Virus record (IMG/VR): IMGVR_UViG_3300030397_000595
Coordinates: 1 to 46,088 of that record
DNA length: 46,088 bases
Source of the DNA: a virus
Taxonomy: Duplodnaviria > Caudoviricetes
Strand: one strand, 5' to 3'
Under the pieces are notes generated by a model, which saw only the letters and a list, made by a program, of their open reading frames with translations, made no database searches and had not been told where the DNA came from. This document shows, piece after piece, positions 18,190 to 28,182 of the stretch. Numbering within the stretch: the first letter of the stretch is position 1; each line of letters opens with the position of its first letter. The position numbers and the translations under genes are program-made.

Positions 18190-19472
18190 CGGTTATGTAC
18201 TGTCATGGAATAAGCTAAATCGTTGTCTGGATCATGCACGTTATTGGCGCCAGCCGCTCGTACAACTAGAATGCCCCCGCTTCGAGGGTTCACCCAATTA
18301 TTGGGCGTTGGGCGGGTGTCGAAATCATTGCTGAGGGCAATCATTGAATCATTGTGGTAAACAATCACTTGGGTGCTGTGTGTAGCATTTATCTTTGCCT
18401 TTTCAATCAAGATGCTGTGATAGGATGGGATAAGGTAAAGCGTTCTCAGGTACAGGTCGTCGCTTCCGGCCAGCCGTTTACCGCGTAACCATATGAGTTG
18501 ATCAGCAATTGATTCAGTGGTTATGTTGTGGCGATCAGCCACGATAGGGAACGACACCTTACCCAATGCTACGATTTTGTGATCAGTATCTGTACTATCA
18601 ACACGTACCGGGGGTGGCTGATGCTTGGCTTTAATCTCGGTGTCCCAATATCCGGCCGCGAATTGAATTAGCGCGGCACTGGTTGTTCCTGCTAGCCGAT
18701 ACTCAAGCAAGATCATGTATTCGCCTCTATATTCTTGGACGGATGTCCCACTAACATCGCGTGGTTTCACTGCGGTAATGGAGTGTAGTTCAGGGTTGTC
18801 GGTTAGGTCAGCTTGTACCCCATGTGTGAAATCTACGGTGTAGGCGGTATTGACTGCGCCAAAAATACGCAAATCCCATGTTGGTTGAAACCCAGCTAGA
18901 TCATCTGTGTAGATTGGCTTGATTCCTGCCCATACCGTTTCTATTTCTGAGCTAAAACCGCCAGTAGCAAAACTAATAGTAAAGTTAGCAATCCGGCCGG
19001 GTAAAGTTCCTCCTGCGGGTGTTTGCAGGGTCGTTAATTCTGTACTTGCCGTTTTGGGTGTAGCTTCTTCCCATGCCGGATGCAAGTTGATAGTTAAGTC
19101 ACCAGTTACTGCCCCTCGTTGTGGCTCAAATGGGGTCATTAAATTGCTAGTCCCATAGTTTGCTCTTGCCCACCCTGTAATGAACCTTCTTAGAATCGCT
19201 TCCCCGGTGTTTTGCCGATACAGGAAGAAGGCATTTTCTCTTAACCAATCGTCACGATAATCGTCACTATCAGCAAGGAAATGTTCTAGTTGTACAATTT
19301 CGTGAACAAGGGCATCATGATCACCTACACCAGATCCAGACAGCTTAAAGGTAAGTTCATTTTGTGGCCAGAATAAACCAAGTGTGTATAGAACATTTTG
19401 CAAATTGCCCGAATTAAAATCAAAGAAACGTGTTCGATTCTCGTTTCCAATGCCTAGTAGTTGATTACTCAT
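18153..19472 (-). CDS. Distal tail (Dit)-like protein
   Basis: Directly after the tape measure gene; beta-rich. Confidence 0.5.
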   Translation of the reverse strand: MSNQLLGIGNENRTRFFDFNSGNLQNVLYTLGLFWPQNELTFKLSGSGVGDHDALVHEIVQLEHFLADSDDYRDDWLRENAFFLYRQNTGEAILRRFITGWARANYGTSNLMTPFEPQRGAVTGDLTINLHPAWEEATPKTASTELTTLQTPAGGTLPGRIANFTISFATGGFSSEIETVWAGIKPIYTDDLAGFQPTWDLRIFGAVNTAYTVDFTHGVQADLTDNPELHSITAVKPRDVSGTSVQEYRGEYMILLEYRLAGTTSAALIQFAAGYWDTEIKAKHQPPPVRVDSTDTDHKIVALGKVSFPIVADRHNITTESIADQLIWLRGKRLAGSDDLYLRTLYLIPSYHSILIEKAKINATHSTQVIVYHNDSMIALSNDFDTRPTPNNWVNPRSGGILVVRAAGANNVHDPDNDLAYSMTVHNRWRTYQRQAHKA

Positions 19473-22400
19473 TGATACCTCATGCTTGCCGCTCTATCTC
19501 GTTGACGACTACGTATCATTTGGTTTACAAGTTCAATCGGATCAAGCTGTGCTTGGACATTGTAGATAGGCATAAAATATTTGTCGGCGAATATGTTTGC
19601 CAAGCTAGTTGTTGTGTTCGTCTGTGAACTGGTGGCAGGTAGTGGGGTGTTACTCACATTCCCAAAGGGGCTGGCCCCGCCTTCGTTTAGCCATGAACTT
19701 AGACCGTATGGGCCACCGGGAAATGCGGCGGCGGCTGGCTCAGAAATCACAACCTCTCCCGGAGCAAGTCGCGTATCTACGCTATCTTGGCCGGGTACTC
19801 CTCCAGTTACAACACCGCCAGAAGACAAAGCGACAGGGTCACTATCATCGCCGGGGTAAGTTCCCGTTGCAGGTGGGGGATCACCTTGATAGGTAGTTGT
19901 AACAATTACCTCTGTGTTAGCTGTCACACCATCGAGCGCGAGCATTTGCTCTTTTAGAGAGCCAATTTTTAGGATGCCACTCTCTGCTGTTTCAATTAGC
20001 TTACCAAGTGAACCATCAGAGAATGCGTCAAGCGCATCATCAGCCGTGAACGCGCCAGTAGCTACTCCCTCTATGGCACCTGCTAATAACTCAGCTTCTT
20101 CACGTGTTAATTGTCCATCAACCAAGAAGGCATTAGTCAGGGCCGCGCCAACATCTTTCAGCGCTTCACTGGTAGCTAGGCTTGTGCGAAGCATTTCCGC
20201 TTCGGCCGCTGTTATTTCTCCCATAGCTTCGAGCGCATTTATCATGCTGTTGCTCATCGCCTCGCCTAATTTTTCTTCGAGAATCGTGAGCACCAATGCC
20301 CGATATTCTGATTGTACTGCCGCCAGAGCTTCAACCATTCGGGTTGACATGTCTTCCACACGTTCAGCCGCTTCTTCGCTCTGGGGACTTTCAGCCAAGT
20401 CGTTTTCAGCTTCTTCAAGCGCTTGCATCGCTTCAATAACATCGGCAATGTTATCGCGCTGATTGCCCATTGAGTCCTGAATAACACCGTTTAGGAATTC
20501 TGTTCGTTCTGAAACACGCTCCGCTCGTTGCTCCCATAGGGCTAGTGTTTCTTCACTCAATTCAGTTGCTACTGTTATTGCCTCGTAGCTGTCAGCTAAT
20601 CCATAGTTGGTTCCGGCTAGTTCGCGTTCTGATAGCTCTGCGGTAGTTACCCCTTCTTCTAATTCAAAGAGTTGTCTTACAAATCTTTCTGCGGATAGCT
20701 CAGCCCCATTGAAGAAGGCTTCTAACTCAAATGACGTACCATTGAATTCCACCATACGCCGGTTAGCTCGATCAACCGTTACGACAAAGCTATCTCCAAA
20801 TGCCTCTTGCATGGCTATACGGAAGTCTGTGATATTGTCGGTTCCGACAGCAATCGCTCTTGTTATTTCCCAAATTCTCGGTTTTAGGTTTTCCATGGAT
20901 TGAATACTTTGATTTTGAATAAGGCCGTGCAAGGGTGAACCTAAACCTATTTGTGACTGTTCTGCAAGTAGTTCTCGGACACTTACGAGTTGCTGACCTA
21001 ATGCGATTAGGTCTTCCATGCTTTCAGCCGCTTCTGCGTTTTCTGCAATCATTGTTTCCATAGCGCGTGCGTTGGCGCCACTAAAGAAATTCATGAGATT
21101 GGCCGCATTACCAAACAAATCGGATGGTGCAACGTATTCCAGGCTTTCTAGAAACTCTATAAATGCGATCTTGGCTTCTGCCCATGCTTGTTGCATTCGT
21201 AGGCTACCCATCTCACTGATTTGAGACATTTCCGTCATGGCTCGATCTAATGCGCCTGCTCCTTCTGTTTCCATGAGACGAGTCATGTCTATGAATTCTT
21301 CCATGTGTACGCCAGTTAGCTCCAGCGCACCACGGGCCGCTTGTTGGTCACGGTAAAAAGGACTGTCACCGGCAATGAGATCGGCCATAGATTGTCTGGT
21401 TTCTTGCGCGTGTTCTTCCAGAATCTGCAACGCATCAGCCATACTACCGCCCTGCGCTATAAATTCACGGAACGTTCCACCCCAAGCGGCTTGGAATGCT
21501 TCGGAGGCGTTTGTGCCAGCCAAGCCTAATTGCACAATTAAGAGGCTACTTAAACTTATCGCCTCGTTGAAGCTATCGCCTTGGTTAGTCATGACGACTA
21601 GCATCGCAATGACATCCTCTAGCGGGACACCTATTTCCCCGGCCGCACTGGTGACCTCAGACACGCCACCAGCGAGATCGCGCATGGTGATAGCCCCTTC
21701 CTTTATCCCGGTGAAGAACAGATCATAGACCCGCTCCAGATTGATTACATCATCCCCATACGCTTTTACTACGCTTTGACCAGCAACTAAGGTTTCTTCG
21801 AGAGAGGATACCCCTGCACGTGCGGCATTGCTCGATAGTTCAATCGCATCTAGTATGTTGTCTTCAGGAATCCCACGAGACAACCCTTGATAGACGGCCG
21901 GGACAACTTCGTCGGGTAATCTTGCTAACTCTAGCGAAGCATTCCGAACATCTTGCTTCATGTTTTTGAAGGTGACACCGCTTTCTCGATCTACGAGTGT
22001 CATCACTTCTCTTAGACCTGTATCGAAATCGTAAAAGTCCTGTAGAGCTTCTTTGGTAAAGTCGGCGATTTGTCTGCCAAGATCAAACAATATGTCTACA
22101 ACAATAGCTTTCATGCCTAAGCTGATCTTGGTGAGTTCCTCATTGGAAATGCCTAGCTTTTTGTTCGCTTTTGTTAGTTCGTCCCCTACCCCTGTCACAC
22201 CTCTACCTAGCTTTCTGAGTTCAGCGGCAGTGAGTTTTGCCCCGGCCGATACGCCCGTTAAGAAAGATTCGGCGCGGTTGAGCTTTTGATTAAGCGTTGT
22301 AAGTCCTTGTTCAAACTCAGCTGTAGCTTCGTCTGACTGCCGGAACTCAGTCATAAGCTGGCGTGTGCGTTGGATAAGTTCATATTCAGCTTGCTCAGCT

Positions 22401-22900
22401 TTTTGTATCCGGCCGCTCAGCTCAACCATCTCATCCTCGATAGGCAACATGCCCTGTCGGATGAGAGACTTCGCCTCGCTTTTCATAGCAATGAGTTGCT
22501 TGTTATGTTCTTGCCACTCTTTCGAGGTACGTACTAACTGCTCCCGCAGTGATTCTTCAGCTTGTTCGAGGTCTTTGGTTTCTTCGGTGACTTCAGCTAA
22601 TTCGTTGGCGGCTTTGCCTAGTTCTTGCCTAAGTTCAGCTGTCTCCGCTGATGTTCTTGCTAGCTCACTACTCGTACCTTCAAGATCGCGCTCAAAAGCT
22701 TCAAAGCTCCCAGACTGTAATGTGGTTTCTAGCTGTGCGAGTTCGGCATCTGCTTTACTAGCAGATTGCCCCATTTCAGCCAAGTTCCTATCAAGTCGCT
22801 CGGCTGTTTGTACAACCTGATCAACTTCTTGGTCTAACTTTTCTATACCTTTGGTGTCGGCCGTTGTTTCAACACGTAGCCGAAGTTCTCGCTCACTCAT
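19469..22900 (-). CDS. Tape measure protein (TP901-like core)
   Basis: 1143 aa, coiled coil, DFDTGLREV...AVYQGLSRG...GEIGVPLEDV core, C-terminal SSGGVVTGGVPGQDSV..LAPGEVVI. Confidence 0.92.
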   Translation of the reverse strand: MSERELRLRVETTADTKGIEKLDQEVDQVVQTAERLDRNLAEMGQSASKADAELAQLETTLQSGSFEAFERDLEGTSSELARTSAETAELRQELGKAANELAEVTEETKDLEQAEESLREQLVRTSKEWQEHNKQLIAMKSEAKSLIRQGMLPIEDEMVELSGRIQKAEQAEYELIQRTRQLMTEFRQSDEATAEFEQGLTTLNQKLNRAESFLTGVSAGAKLTAAELRKLGRGVTGVGDELTKANKKLGISNEELTKISLGMKAIVVDILFDLGRQIADFTKEALQDFYDFDTGLREVMTLVDRESGVTFKNMKQDVRNASLELARLPDEVVPAVYQGLSRGIPEDNILDAIELSSNAARAGVSSLEETLVAGQSVVKAYGDDVINLERVYDLFFTGIKEGAITMRDLAGGVSEVTSAAGEIGVPLEDVIAMLVVMTNQGDSFNEAISLSSLLIVQLGLAGTNASEAFQAAWGGTFREFIAQGGSMADALQILEEHAQETRQSMADLIAGDSPFYRDQQAARGALELTGVHMEEFIDMTRLMETEGAGALDRAMTEMSQISEMGSLRMQQAWAEAKIAFIEFLESLEYVAPSDLFGNAANLMNFFSGANARAMETMIAENAEAAESMEDLIALGQQLVSVRELLAEQSQIGLGSPLHGLIQNQSIQSMENLKPRIWEITRAIAVGTDNITDFRIAMQEAFGDSFVVTVDRANRRMVEFNGTSFELEAFFNGAELSAERFVRQLFELEEGVTTAELSERELAGTNYGLADSYEAITVATELSEETLALWEQRAERVSERTEFLNGVIQDSMGNQRDNIADVIEAMQALEEAENDLAESPQSEEAAERVEDMSTRMVEALAAVQSEYRALVLTILEEKLGEAMSNSMINALEAMGEITAAEAEMLRTSLATSEALKDVGAALTNAFLVDGQLTREEAELLAGAIEGVATGAFTADDALDAFSDGSLGKLIETAESGILKIGSLKEQMLALDGVTANTEVIVTTTYQGDPPPATGTYPGDDSDPVALSSGGVVTGGVPGQDSVDTRLAPGEVVISEPAAAAFPGGPYGLSSWLNEGGASPFGNVSNTPLPATSSQTNTTTSLANIFADKYFMPIYNVQAQLDPIELVNQMIRSRQRDRAASMRYQ

Positions 22901-23186
22901 AAATGTTGAAGGCTAGAAAATCTTGATCATGTGGTGATAGTGCCTCGATACCCTTGTCGCGCTCAGTTAGGGCGATACGGGCCGCTTGCCACGCTGTTCG
23001 CATGGCAGTTAAGAAGGCTTCATTAAAAAACGCATCTCGATTAGGAAACGGCCACCTAAATGATGGTCGCCTGCCGAGTTGCGTTTCTAGGGGTTGGTAG
23101 CAAGTTGTTGCGAGTCTCAGTTGCCACGGGATCAGCGTATCGTGTTCCTCTATGATCCAGAAGTAGACTCGCTTGGCAATTTTTTT
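22893..23186 (-). CDS. Tail assembly chaperone -1 frameshift extension (gpGT-like)
   Basis: A AAA AAA at 23186-23180. The -1 frame (IAKRVYFWIIEE...FNIYE) is open to TGA at 22893, overlapping the TMP ATG. Confidence 0.75.
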   Translation of the reverse strand, partial: KKIAKRVYFWIIEEHDTLIPWQLRLATTCYQPLETQLGRRPSFRWPFPNRDAFFNEAFLTAMRTAWQAARIALTERDKGIEALSPHDQDFLAFNIYE

Positions 23187-23542
23187 GAGTCAAAGGCGGC
23201 GGCGACGATCTCATTAGTTGCGGCTACAACTTCGCGCATGATGGCAAACGGCAGATCGGGATCGTCTATCGGCCAATCAAACTTCCAGTCAATTATCAGG
23301 TGCTCGCGTCGCTTGAAGGCTTTTGACGTGCGCGTTTGGGTTTCTTGAATGTCCCTTAATGTGTCGTCGGTAGCATTATTTAATTCAGCTAAATCTCTCG
23401 TAGACATGTTTTGCAAAAAAGCAACTTCAGGGCCATTCAACCATTTGGGAATCGTGCAATAACCGCTAACCAAATCGGGGATAGGCGACTCGATTTTGGT
23501 AAATGGGCGTTTTTTCTTTCTTGGTTGTTTTGTTCTAGCCAT
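23150..23542 (-). CDS. Tail assembly chaperone (gpG-like)
   Basis: Between the tail tube and TMP genes; LIIDWKF motif; slippery site near its end. Confidence 0.75.
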   Translation of the reverse strand: MARTKQPRKKKRPFTKIESPIPDLVSGYCTIPKWLNGPEVAFLQNMSTRDLAELNNATDDTLRDIQETQTRTSKAFKRREHLIIDWKFDWPIDDPDLPFAIMREVVAATNEIVAAAFDSKKLPSESTSGS

Positions 23543-24058
23543 TTACGCCTCGACTGCATAGTTACGGGTGTTGCAAACAACGACGACATTGACCTTACCC
23601 TGTGTCGTTTTGTTGTTGGCATCCATCATCACGTCAGTGACGTTGGTTACCCGGATGTTGCCAGATAGCACTGTTCCGATACGCCCCGTCGCTTTCCCGG
23701 CCGGGTATAGTTTTATACCATCCACAACTAGATTGTTCTCTTTGATGTGGCGCATAGCACCCACAAAGGTCAGGTTGTCCGTGCCGAACTCCCCGCTTTG
23801 ACCAAGTGAATAATCATCAACTGCGGTGATTCGGTAAACGGGTACAACATCGTCTTGCTGACCGACAACATTTATTTGACCGTCGGCTACGTGTTGGGTG
23901 GCATAGGGGATAGCGGGATTAGTTACGGGTTCTATTTTCTCAATTACACCGTCAAAAGTGATTGTCTCAGCTGTCGTAAAGTACGCATCAGCTGTCAGGT
24001 TGCTTCCGACGTCTAAATCCATATGTGCATTGGGGACATAGCCATTTGCTGTTGGCAT
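23543..24058 (-). CDS. Major tail (tube) protein
   Basis: Synteny; beta-rich 171 aa. Confidence 0.6.
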   Translation of the reverse strand: MPTANGYVPNAHMDLDVGSNLTADAYFTTAETITFDGVIEKIEPVTNPAIPYATQHVADGQINVVGQQDDVVPVYRITAVDDYSLGQSGEFGTDNLTFVGAMRHIKENNLVVDGIKLYPAGKATGRIGTVLSGNIRVTNVTDVMMDANNKTTQGKVNVVVVCNTRNYAVEA

Positions 24059-24098
24059 GGTTCATACCTCTCTGTTAGGGTTTTTAGGTTGAGTTGTT

Positions 24099-24308
24099 TT
24101 ACGATAAGGCGATAACGTTTCGTTTCCGCAATAGGATGTACTGACCGTCTGAAACATGATCAAAGGGTAATTTCACGCCATCTTGTGGGTTCACAATCTG
24201 GTTTGCGTGTGGGCCACTACCGCGATATGTAATAGTTTGCATTACGACGTGTGGCTTACTCTTGTCTTTTGGATCAATCGGGACTGGTTTTGATGGTTTT
24301 TTGCTCAT
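24099..24308 (-). CDS. Small hypothetical virion-region protein
   Basis: GGAGG RBS; fits the operon. Confidence 0.55.
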   Translation of the reverse strand: MSKKPSKPVPIDPKDKSKPHVVMQTITYRGSGPHANQIVNPQDGVKLPFDHVSDGQYILLRKRNVIALS

Positions 24309-24325
24309 TTTGGGTTTACCTCCAT

Positions 24326-24799
24326 TTATCTGAGCGAGAAAGTTGCATAGGCTTCAGCGCGTCGGGTGTATTGCAACTTCTCATGTTGTGCAGGGCGCGG
24401 CCACGGACGTGTGTAGGAAATGGCATACCAGCTATAACCAACGCCGCTCCTGACGCTTTCTAATGTTGTGAACAGGATAGCCGCCATATGCCCAAGTGTG
24501 CGATCGGCGACTCTCATTGATTCTTGAACGTTGTCTCCCTCTTTGTCGAACTTGGCGCCCATCGCCCAGCCCACTTCTATCCATGGGCCAATGACACCGT
24601 TAGCCGTTTTTTGTCCAGCGTCAGGGAAGACTTGGATGGTACTCATACTCATGGCGTTAGGGAATATGCCCTGCCATGTTCTGAAATCGTCCAAAACCCG
24701 TGATGGCCGTCCCGATGCACTATCACCCACTAATACAGGTGTCAGCAGATCGCTTAGCTCTTGGAATAGGGTTTCTTCGCTATTTACTGTGTAAGCCAT
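24326..24799 (-). CDS. Putative tail terminator
   Basis: Synteny and size. Confidence 0.45.
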   Translation of the reverse strand: MAYTVNSEETLFQELSDLLTPVLVGDSASGRPSRVLDDFRTWQGIFPNAMSMSTIQVFPDAGQKTANGVIGPWIEVGWAMGAKFDKEGDNVQESMRVADRTLGHMAAILFTTLESVRSGVGYSWYAISYTRPWPRPAQHEKLQYTRRAEAYATFSLR

Positions 24800-25206
24800 T
24801 AGCTAGACCATTCTCCTACCACCAAAAAAAGCAACTCTGACTCTAAACCGGGGAAGACTTCTTCTACTAAGAATTGCTGTGTCCAATCGAACCAGGGCTG
24901 ATTAACATGAACGTCTGGCCCGTAATCAACTGGATAGCCACCAAAGACCGGGTTTTGCACCGTTGAGTCAATGAATATCTCAGCAACAGTTTTATCTCCT
25001 TCGGCGAAAGCAATTCCTCGATGCGCTGACGATAACGTGCCAGTTAGCCATGGCGCATGTTCACTGGCGAAGTTACGAGTGTTTCGGGCGAGGTTGGCAC
25101 TCACAGCAATCATCTGTGTTGAATCAGCCTCTAATGCCTCTAAAACACGCGCATTAGCCGCAAAGAGTTCCCATAACCCAAGCAATTCACTGCTACCAGA
25201 AATCAT
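24799..25206 (-). CDS. HK97 gp10-like tail completion protein
   Basis: APWLTGTLSSA motif and YGPDVH..QPWF. Confidence 0.6.
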   Translation of the reverse strand: MISGSSELLGLWELFAANARVLEALEADSTQMIAVSANLARNTRNFASEHAPWLTGTLSSAHRGIAFAEGDKTVAEIFIDSTVQNPVFGGYPVDYGPDVHVNQPWFDWTQQFLVEEVFPGLESELLFLVVGEWSS

Positions 25207-25559
25207 TAGTTGTCAATCTCCAAATGCAATTCATAGAACGCGGCGTGGGTGCTATTAGCTGACCATGGCAATATCCGACGTATGACGTATTCATCACCAT
25301 CGCTAGTAAAAAAGAACATATCTGCTTTTAGAAGGGGGTTGACTTCACAATGAACTTGCCTTTGTTTAGCAATGGTTGCCCAATTCCCAAGACGTTCAAC
25401 CTCGTGGGCTGAATGAGGGTAGTAGGGCGCAACCGGCCCATGTCTGATTGCTTCAATAACCGTTGTGCGGGCATCGGGGTCCGTACCCTCGGCTATTTCG
25501 GTGATGCTGGCCGTTTCCGTAAACCACGCACGGAACGCCTTTACATTGAAGGTTCTCAC
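25206..25559 (-). CDS. Putative head closure protein
   Basis: Synteny; DGDEYVIRRI pattern. Confidence 0.5.
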   Translation of the reverse strand: MRTFNVKAFRAWFTETASITEIAEGTDPDARTTVIEAIRHGPVAPYYPHSAHEVERLGNWATIAKQRQVHCEVNPLLKADMFFFTSDGDEYVIRRILPWSANSTHAAFYELHLEIDN

Positions 25560-25561
25560 GG

Positions 25562-25945
25562 CTAGTTAAGATGTGTTGTCGGTGGTATTGCTACAGGTGC
25601 GCTTTTCACTTCGACAAGTGGGGGCATATTGTTGATTTGGAAGACGGCGGCTTCTATCATCGCGGATGCTTCGTTGTGATCAAGTTTGATACCTCGTCGT
25701 TGTGCATACGCATAGAGTGCGTTTACAACAAACTGCTTACGCTTCTTTCCACTGGCAACACCCTTGATTGTTTGCTCTGCGTTTTGCACCAACAGACTTG
25801 CATAGTGTCGTAAGTCGTCATTTTGAATGGCACTTAACTGCGTGTTGATGTATCGCCGGAAGATGGGAGCTAGTGCTAAAAAGAGCGCAGGTATAACAAG
25901 ATTTACTAGGAACTCTACAAATGGGGTGGGGTCTATGGTTTCCAT
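25562..25945 (-). CDS. Holin, LL-H-like family
   Basis: N-terminal TM, LVQNAEQ...GKKRKQFV...MIEAAV motif. Confidence 0.7.
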   Translation of the reverse strand: METIDPTPFVEFLVNLVIPALFLALAPIFRRYINTQLSAIQNDDLRHYASLLVQNAEQTIKGVASGKKRKQFVVNALYAYAQRRGIKLDHNEASAMIEAAVFQINNMPPLVEVKSAPVAIPPTTHLN

Positions 25946-25950
25946 AAGAT

Positions 25951-26331
25951 TTAGGTTAATGCTCCTACAGGATAGTATTCGGTTCGGGTTGCGCCTCTCG
26001 GAGTGCCTAACTGTGTGTCGGTAGGTGTGTATCCATGGAGGCGGCGCAATTTGTTCGATTCGCTTTTGTAGTGTTGATAGGCTTCGTTTGCGCTACTGTA
26101 TGGCCCCATCTTGTTTCTAGTTGGGTGAGGGGCATATTGTCGCGCAAGGGTTTCACATAGCGCGGCCAGCGTTCGCCCGATAGTTCCCTCTTGGCTGTGC
26201 TTTGCGAGAAGAAATTCGTCAGTGAAGTTGCCACCATCTGGTTTAATCCCATTTGGGGCGAGTACATCATCGCCGATTTCGGTGCGAAGTGTTATTAGGG
26301 GTTCCTCGACTGCGGGTATTGTTACGGGCAT
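25951..26331 (-). CDS. Head-tail adaptor
   Basis: LRTEIGD...FTDE...AALCETLARQYA pattern. Confidence 0.6.
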   Translation of the reverse strand: MPVTIPAVEEPLITLRTEIGDDVLAPNGIKPDGGNFTDEFLLAKHSQEGTIGRTLAALCETLARQYAPHPTRNKMGPYSSANEAYQHYKSESNKLRRLHGYTPTDTQLGTPRGATRTEYYPVGALT

Positions 26332-26393
26332 AAGCTGTCCTTTTGCCTCTTATTTGTAAGAGGCCGGCATGATAAGCCTTGTTTTATTTACAC

Positions 26394-26864
26394 TTATGAG
26401 GACTCAGCCAAATTAGCTAAATAGTCTATGATGTGAGATGCGGTCATGGGGCCAATGCCGGGTACAGTGACAAGTTCTTCATGTGTCATCTTTGCTACTT
26501 CTTGGACAAAGGGGATGTTCGCCTCTACCAAGTGTGTCCGGCCGGGAAAGTCATCGGGCAATGAGGTTTGTTTGACGGGCGGTTCTGACCCTCCGGCCGG
26601 GTCGTCAGAATTACCCGTGTCTTCGAGGTTATTTTCGCCTTCAGCACGGTTAGTTGTGACAGTATTGGTCAATTCATCACCGTCGCCATTGTCAGAACTG
26701 ACTACGGGATCCGGTTCTGCTTTGGTTACTAACACATTCAGCTTGGCGCGTTGCTCGTGCATCTCGCGGTTGTTCAACACACTTGCCCTACCTTCTGGTG
26801 GTAAGAGATCGAAGTCTGTATAAATTCGTCCCTTCCATGTAAAACTGCCTTGTGGTTTACGCAT
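26394..26864 (-). CDS. Helix-hairpin-helix domain protein with acidic linker
   Basis: EELVTVPGIGPMTASHI HhH motif; follows the capsid gene. Confidence 0.7.
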   Translation of the reverse strand: MRKPQGSFTWKGRIYTDFDLLPPEGRASVLNNREMHEQRAKLNVLVTKAEPDPVVSSDNGDGDELTNTVTTNRAEGENNLEDTGNSDDPAGGSEPPVKQTSLPDDFPGRTHLVEANIPFVQEVAKMTHEELVTVPGIGPMTASHIIDYLANLAESS

Positions 26865-27093
26865 ATGGTTTTACCTGTAAATGCTCGATGATAATTTGGC
26901 TGAGCCAAATTACATCTAAGCGCAAAATAGTTGTAAATCCTCGACCGACGTTTGACCGGGCGTTCTTACAGCAAAACATCTGTAAAATGGGCGGGCGTAA
27001 AACGTTGGTTTGCTTGACAGAAAAGTATGCGTAAACGTCCCCGGTACAAACCCTTGAACTGGCTTACGCATACCCCGTCTTTTTAGATAGCGA

Positions 27094-28182
27094 TTATGAG
27101 ATACCCTTGAGCGCGGCCATCGCTTCAGGATCAGTAATAACGGGCAATGTGGTTTGCCAGCCTTCTGCCACAAGGCGGGGCGGCTTATTCATCTTGTGTT
27201 CCATGTGAATGACACGCCCTTGACTACCTTGCCCTGCGGCAAAACCAATAGCGGCATAACCGAGTGTGTCTGGTAGATGCAGGTTTTCGTCATCGCCGAG
27301 ATCAATCGTAGCATCACGTCCAGTTGTACAAGCTAATAGCATACTGCCAGCAGGCATAAAGGGGGCTGTACCCGTCTCCGTGCGATATTGAAGATCGTAT
27401 ATCTCAATAGGAGGTAGCCCGTCCTTGCTCAACGCCATATTGATTGCTTCGAGACTGGCATGACCAGACGCTCCCATTATCTGACCAGTTGGGGAGACAA
27501 CAGATACACCCGTTCGTGCTTTCACATTGTCGTTACCCGCCATGATTGAAACAACATTTCGGCTTGTGACAATGCGGTTGACTGTGTAGCCCTTATCCGC
27601 TAATAGAATGGCAGAAGTGTGAATATCCTCGAAAGGATCGTTGGCATCGTTTGACCATGGCCCAGCTACCGTTACCCGGTGTCCGGCTGGATCAGTGTAG
27701 TTAATGTTTTCACTAACACCATCACCTACTCGTACAACTTGAGCGTTGATAAGAGCTTGCCATCGTTGCTTTTCAACCAGCTCAACCAAGCCCAAATTCA
27801 CAGTGGTATCAACCCAATTGGTCAGGGTTGCCATCGCTTCCATGTCGCTGTTGCTTTGTAGGTATCGTTGTAAGGCTTCGTAATCTTGGCTAGTCATGTC
27901 TCGCAAAAGATCACTATCAGCTAGATCAACCTTCATTTCACCCACCAAGTCACCGCCACGACGTTGGGCTGGCGAGAAGCGCGTACCATCTCCTGCAATG
28001 ATTGTGCGATAACGGATGTACTCCTCTACATAGCGGTTGCTGGGTGCATTCTGTTCCGGCAAGAGGGTTGCACCTACATAGTAGCGTGACCGTGTGCCGA
28101 ATTGAGCCAATGGGTTACGCATGATGCGATCAAAATACCCATCGCTGTGGAACTGTTCTAAGAGTGTTGCGATATTTGGCAT
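27094..28182 (-). CDS. Major capsid protein (lambda gpE-like family)
   Basis: GATLLPE, EKQRWQAL, WSNDANDPFEDI, GLPPIEIYD, GWQTTLPVI. Start placed at the TAATG overlap (28182). Confidence 0.85.
   Translation of the reverse strand: MPNIATLLEQFHSDGYFDRIMRNPLAQFGTRSRYYVGATLLPEQNAPSNRYVEEYIRYRTIIAGDGTRFSPAQRRGGDLVGEMKVDLADSDLLRDMTSQDYEALQRYLQSNSDMEAMATLTNWVDTTVNLGLVELVEKQRWQALINAQVVRVGDGVSENINYTDPAGHRVTVAGPWSNDANDPFEDIHTSAILLADKGYTVNRIVTSRNVVSIMAGNDNVKARTGVSVVSPTGQIMGASGHASLEAINMALSKDGLPPIEIYDLQYRTETGTAPFMPAGSMLLACTTGRDATIDLGDDENLHLPDTLGYAAIGFAAGQGSQGRVIHMEHKMNKPPRLVAEGWQTTLPVITDPEAMAALKGIS

Noticed and set aside
19581-22820. Several long Ser/Ala-rich + strand ORFs
   Set aside because: Antisense shadows of the tape measure gene.
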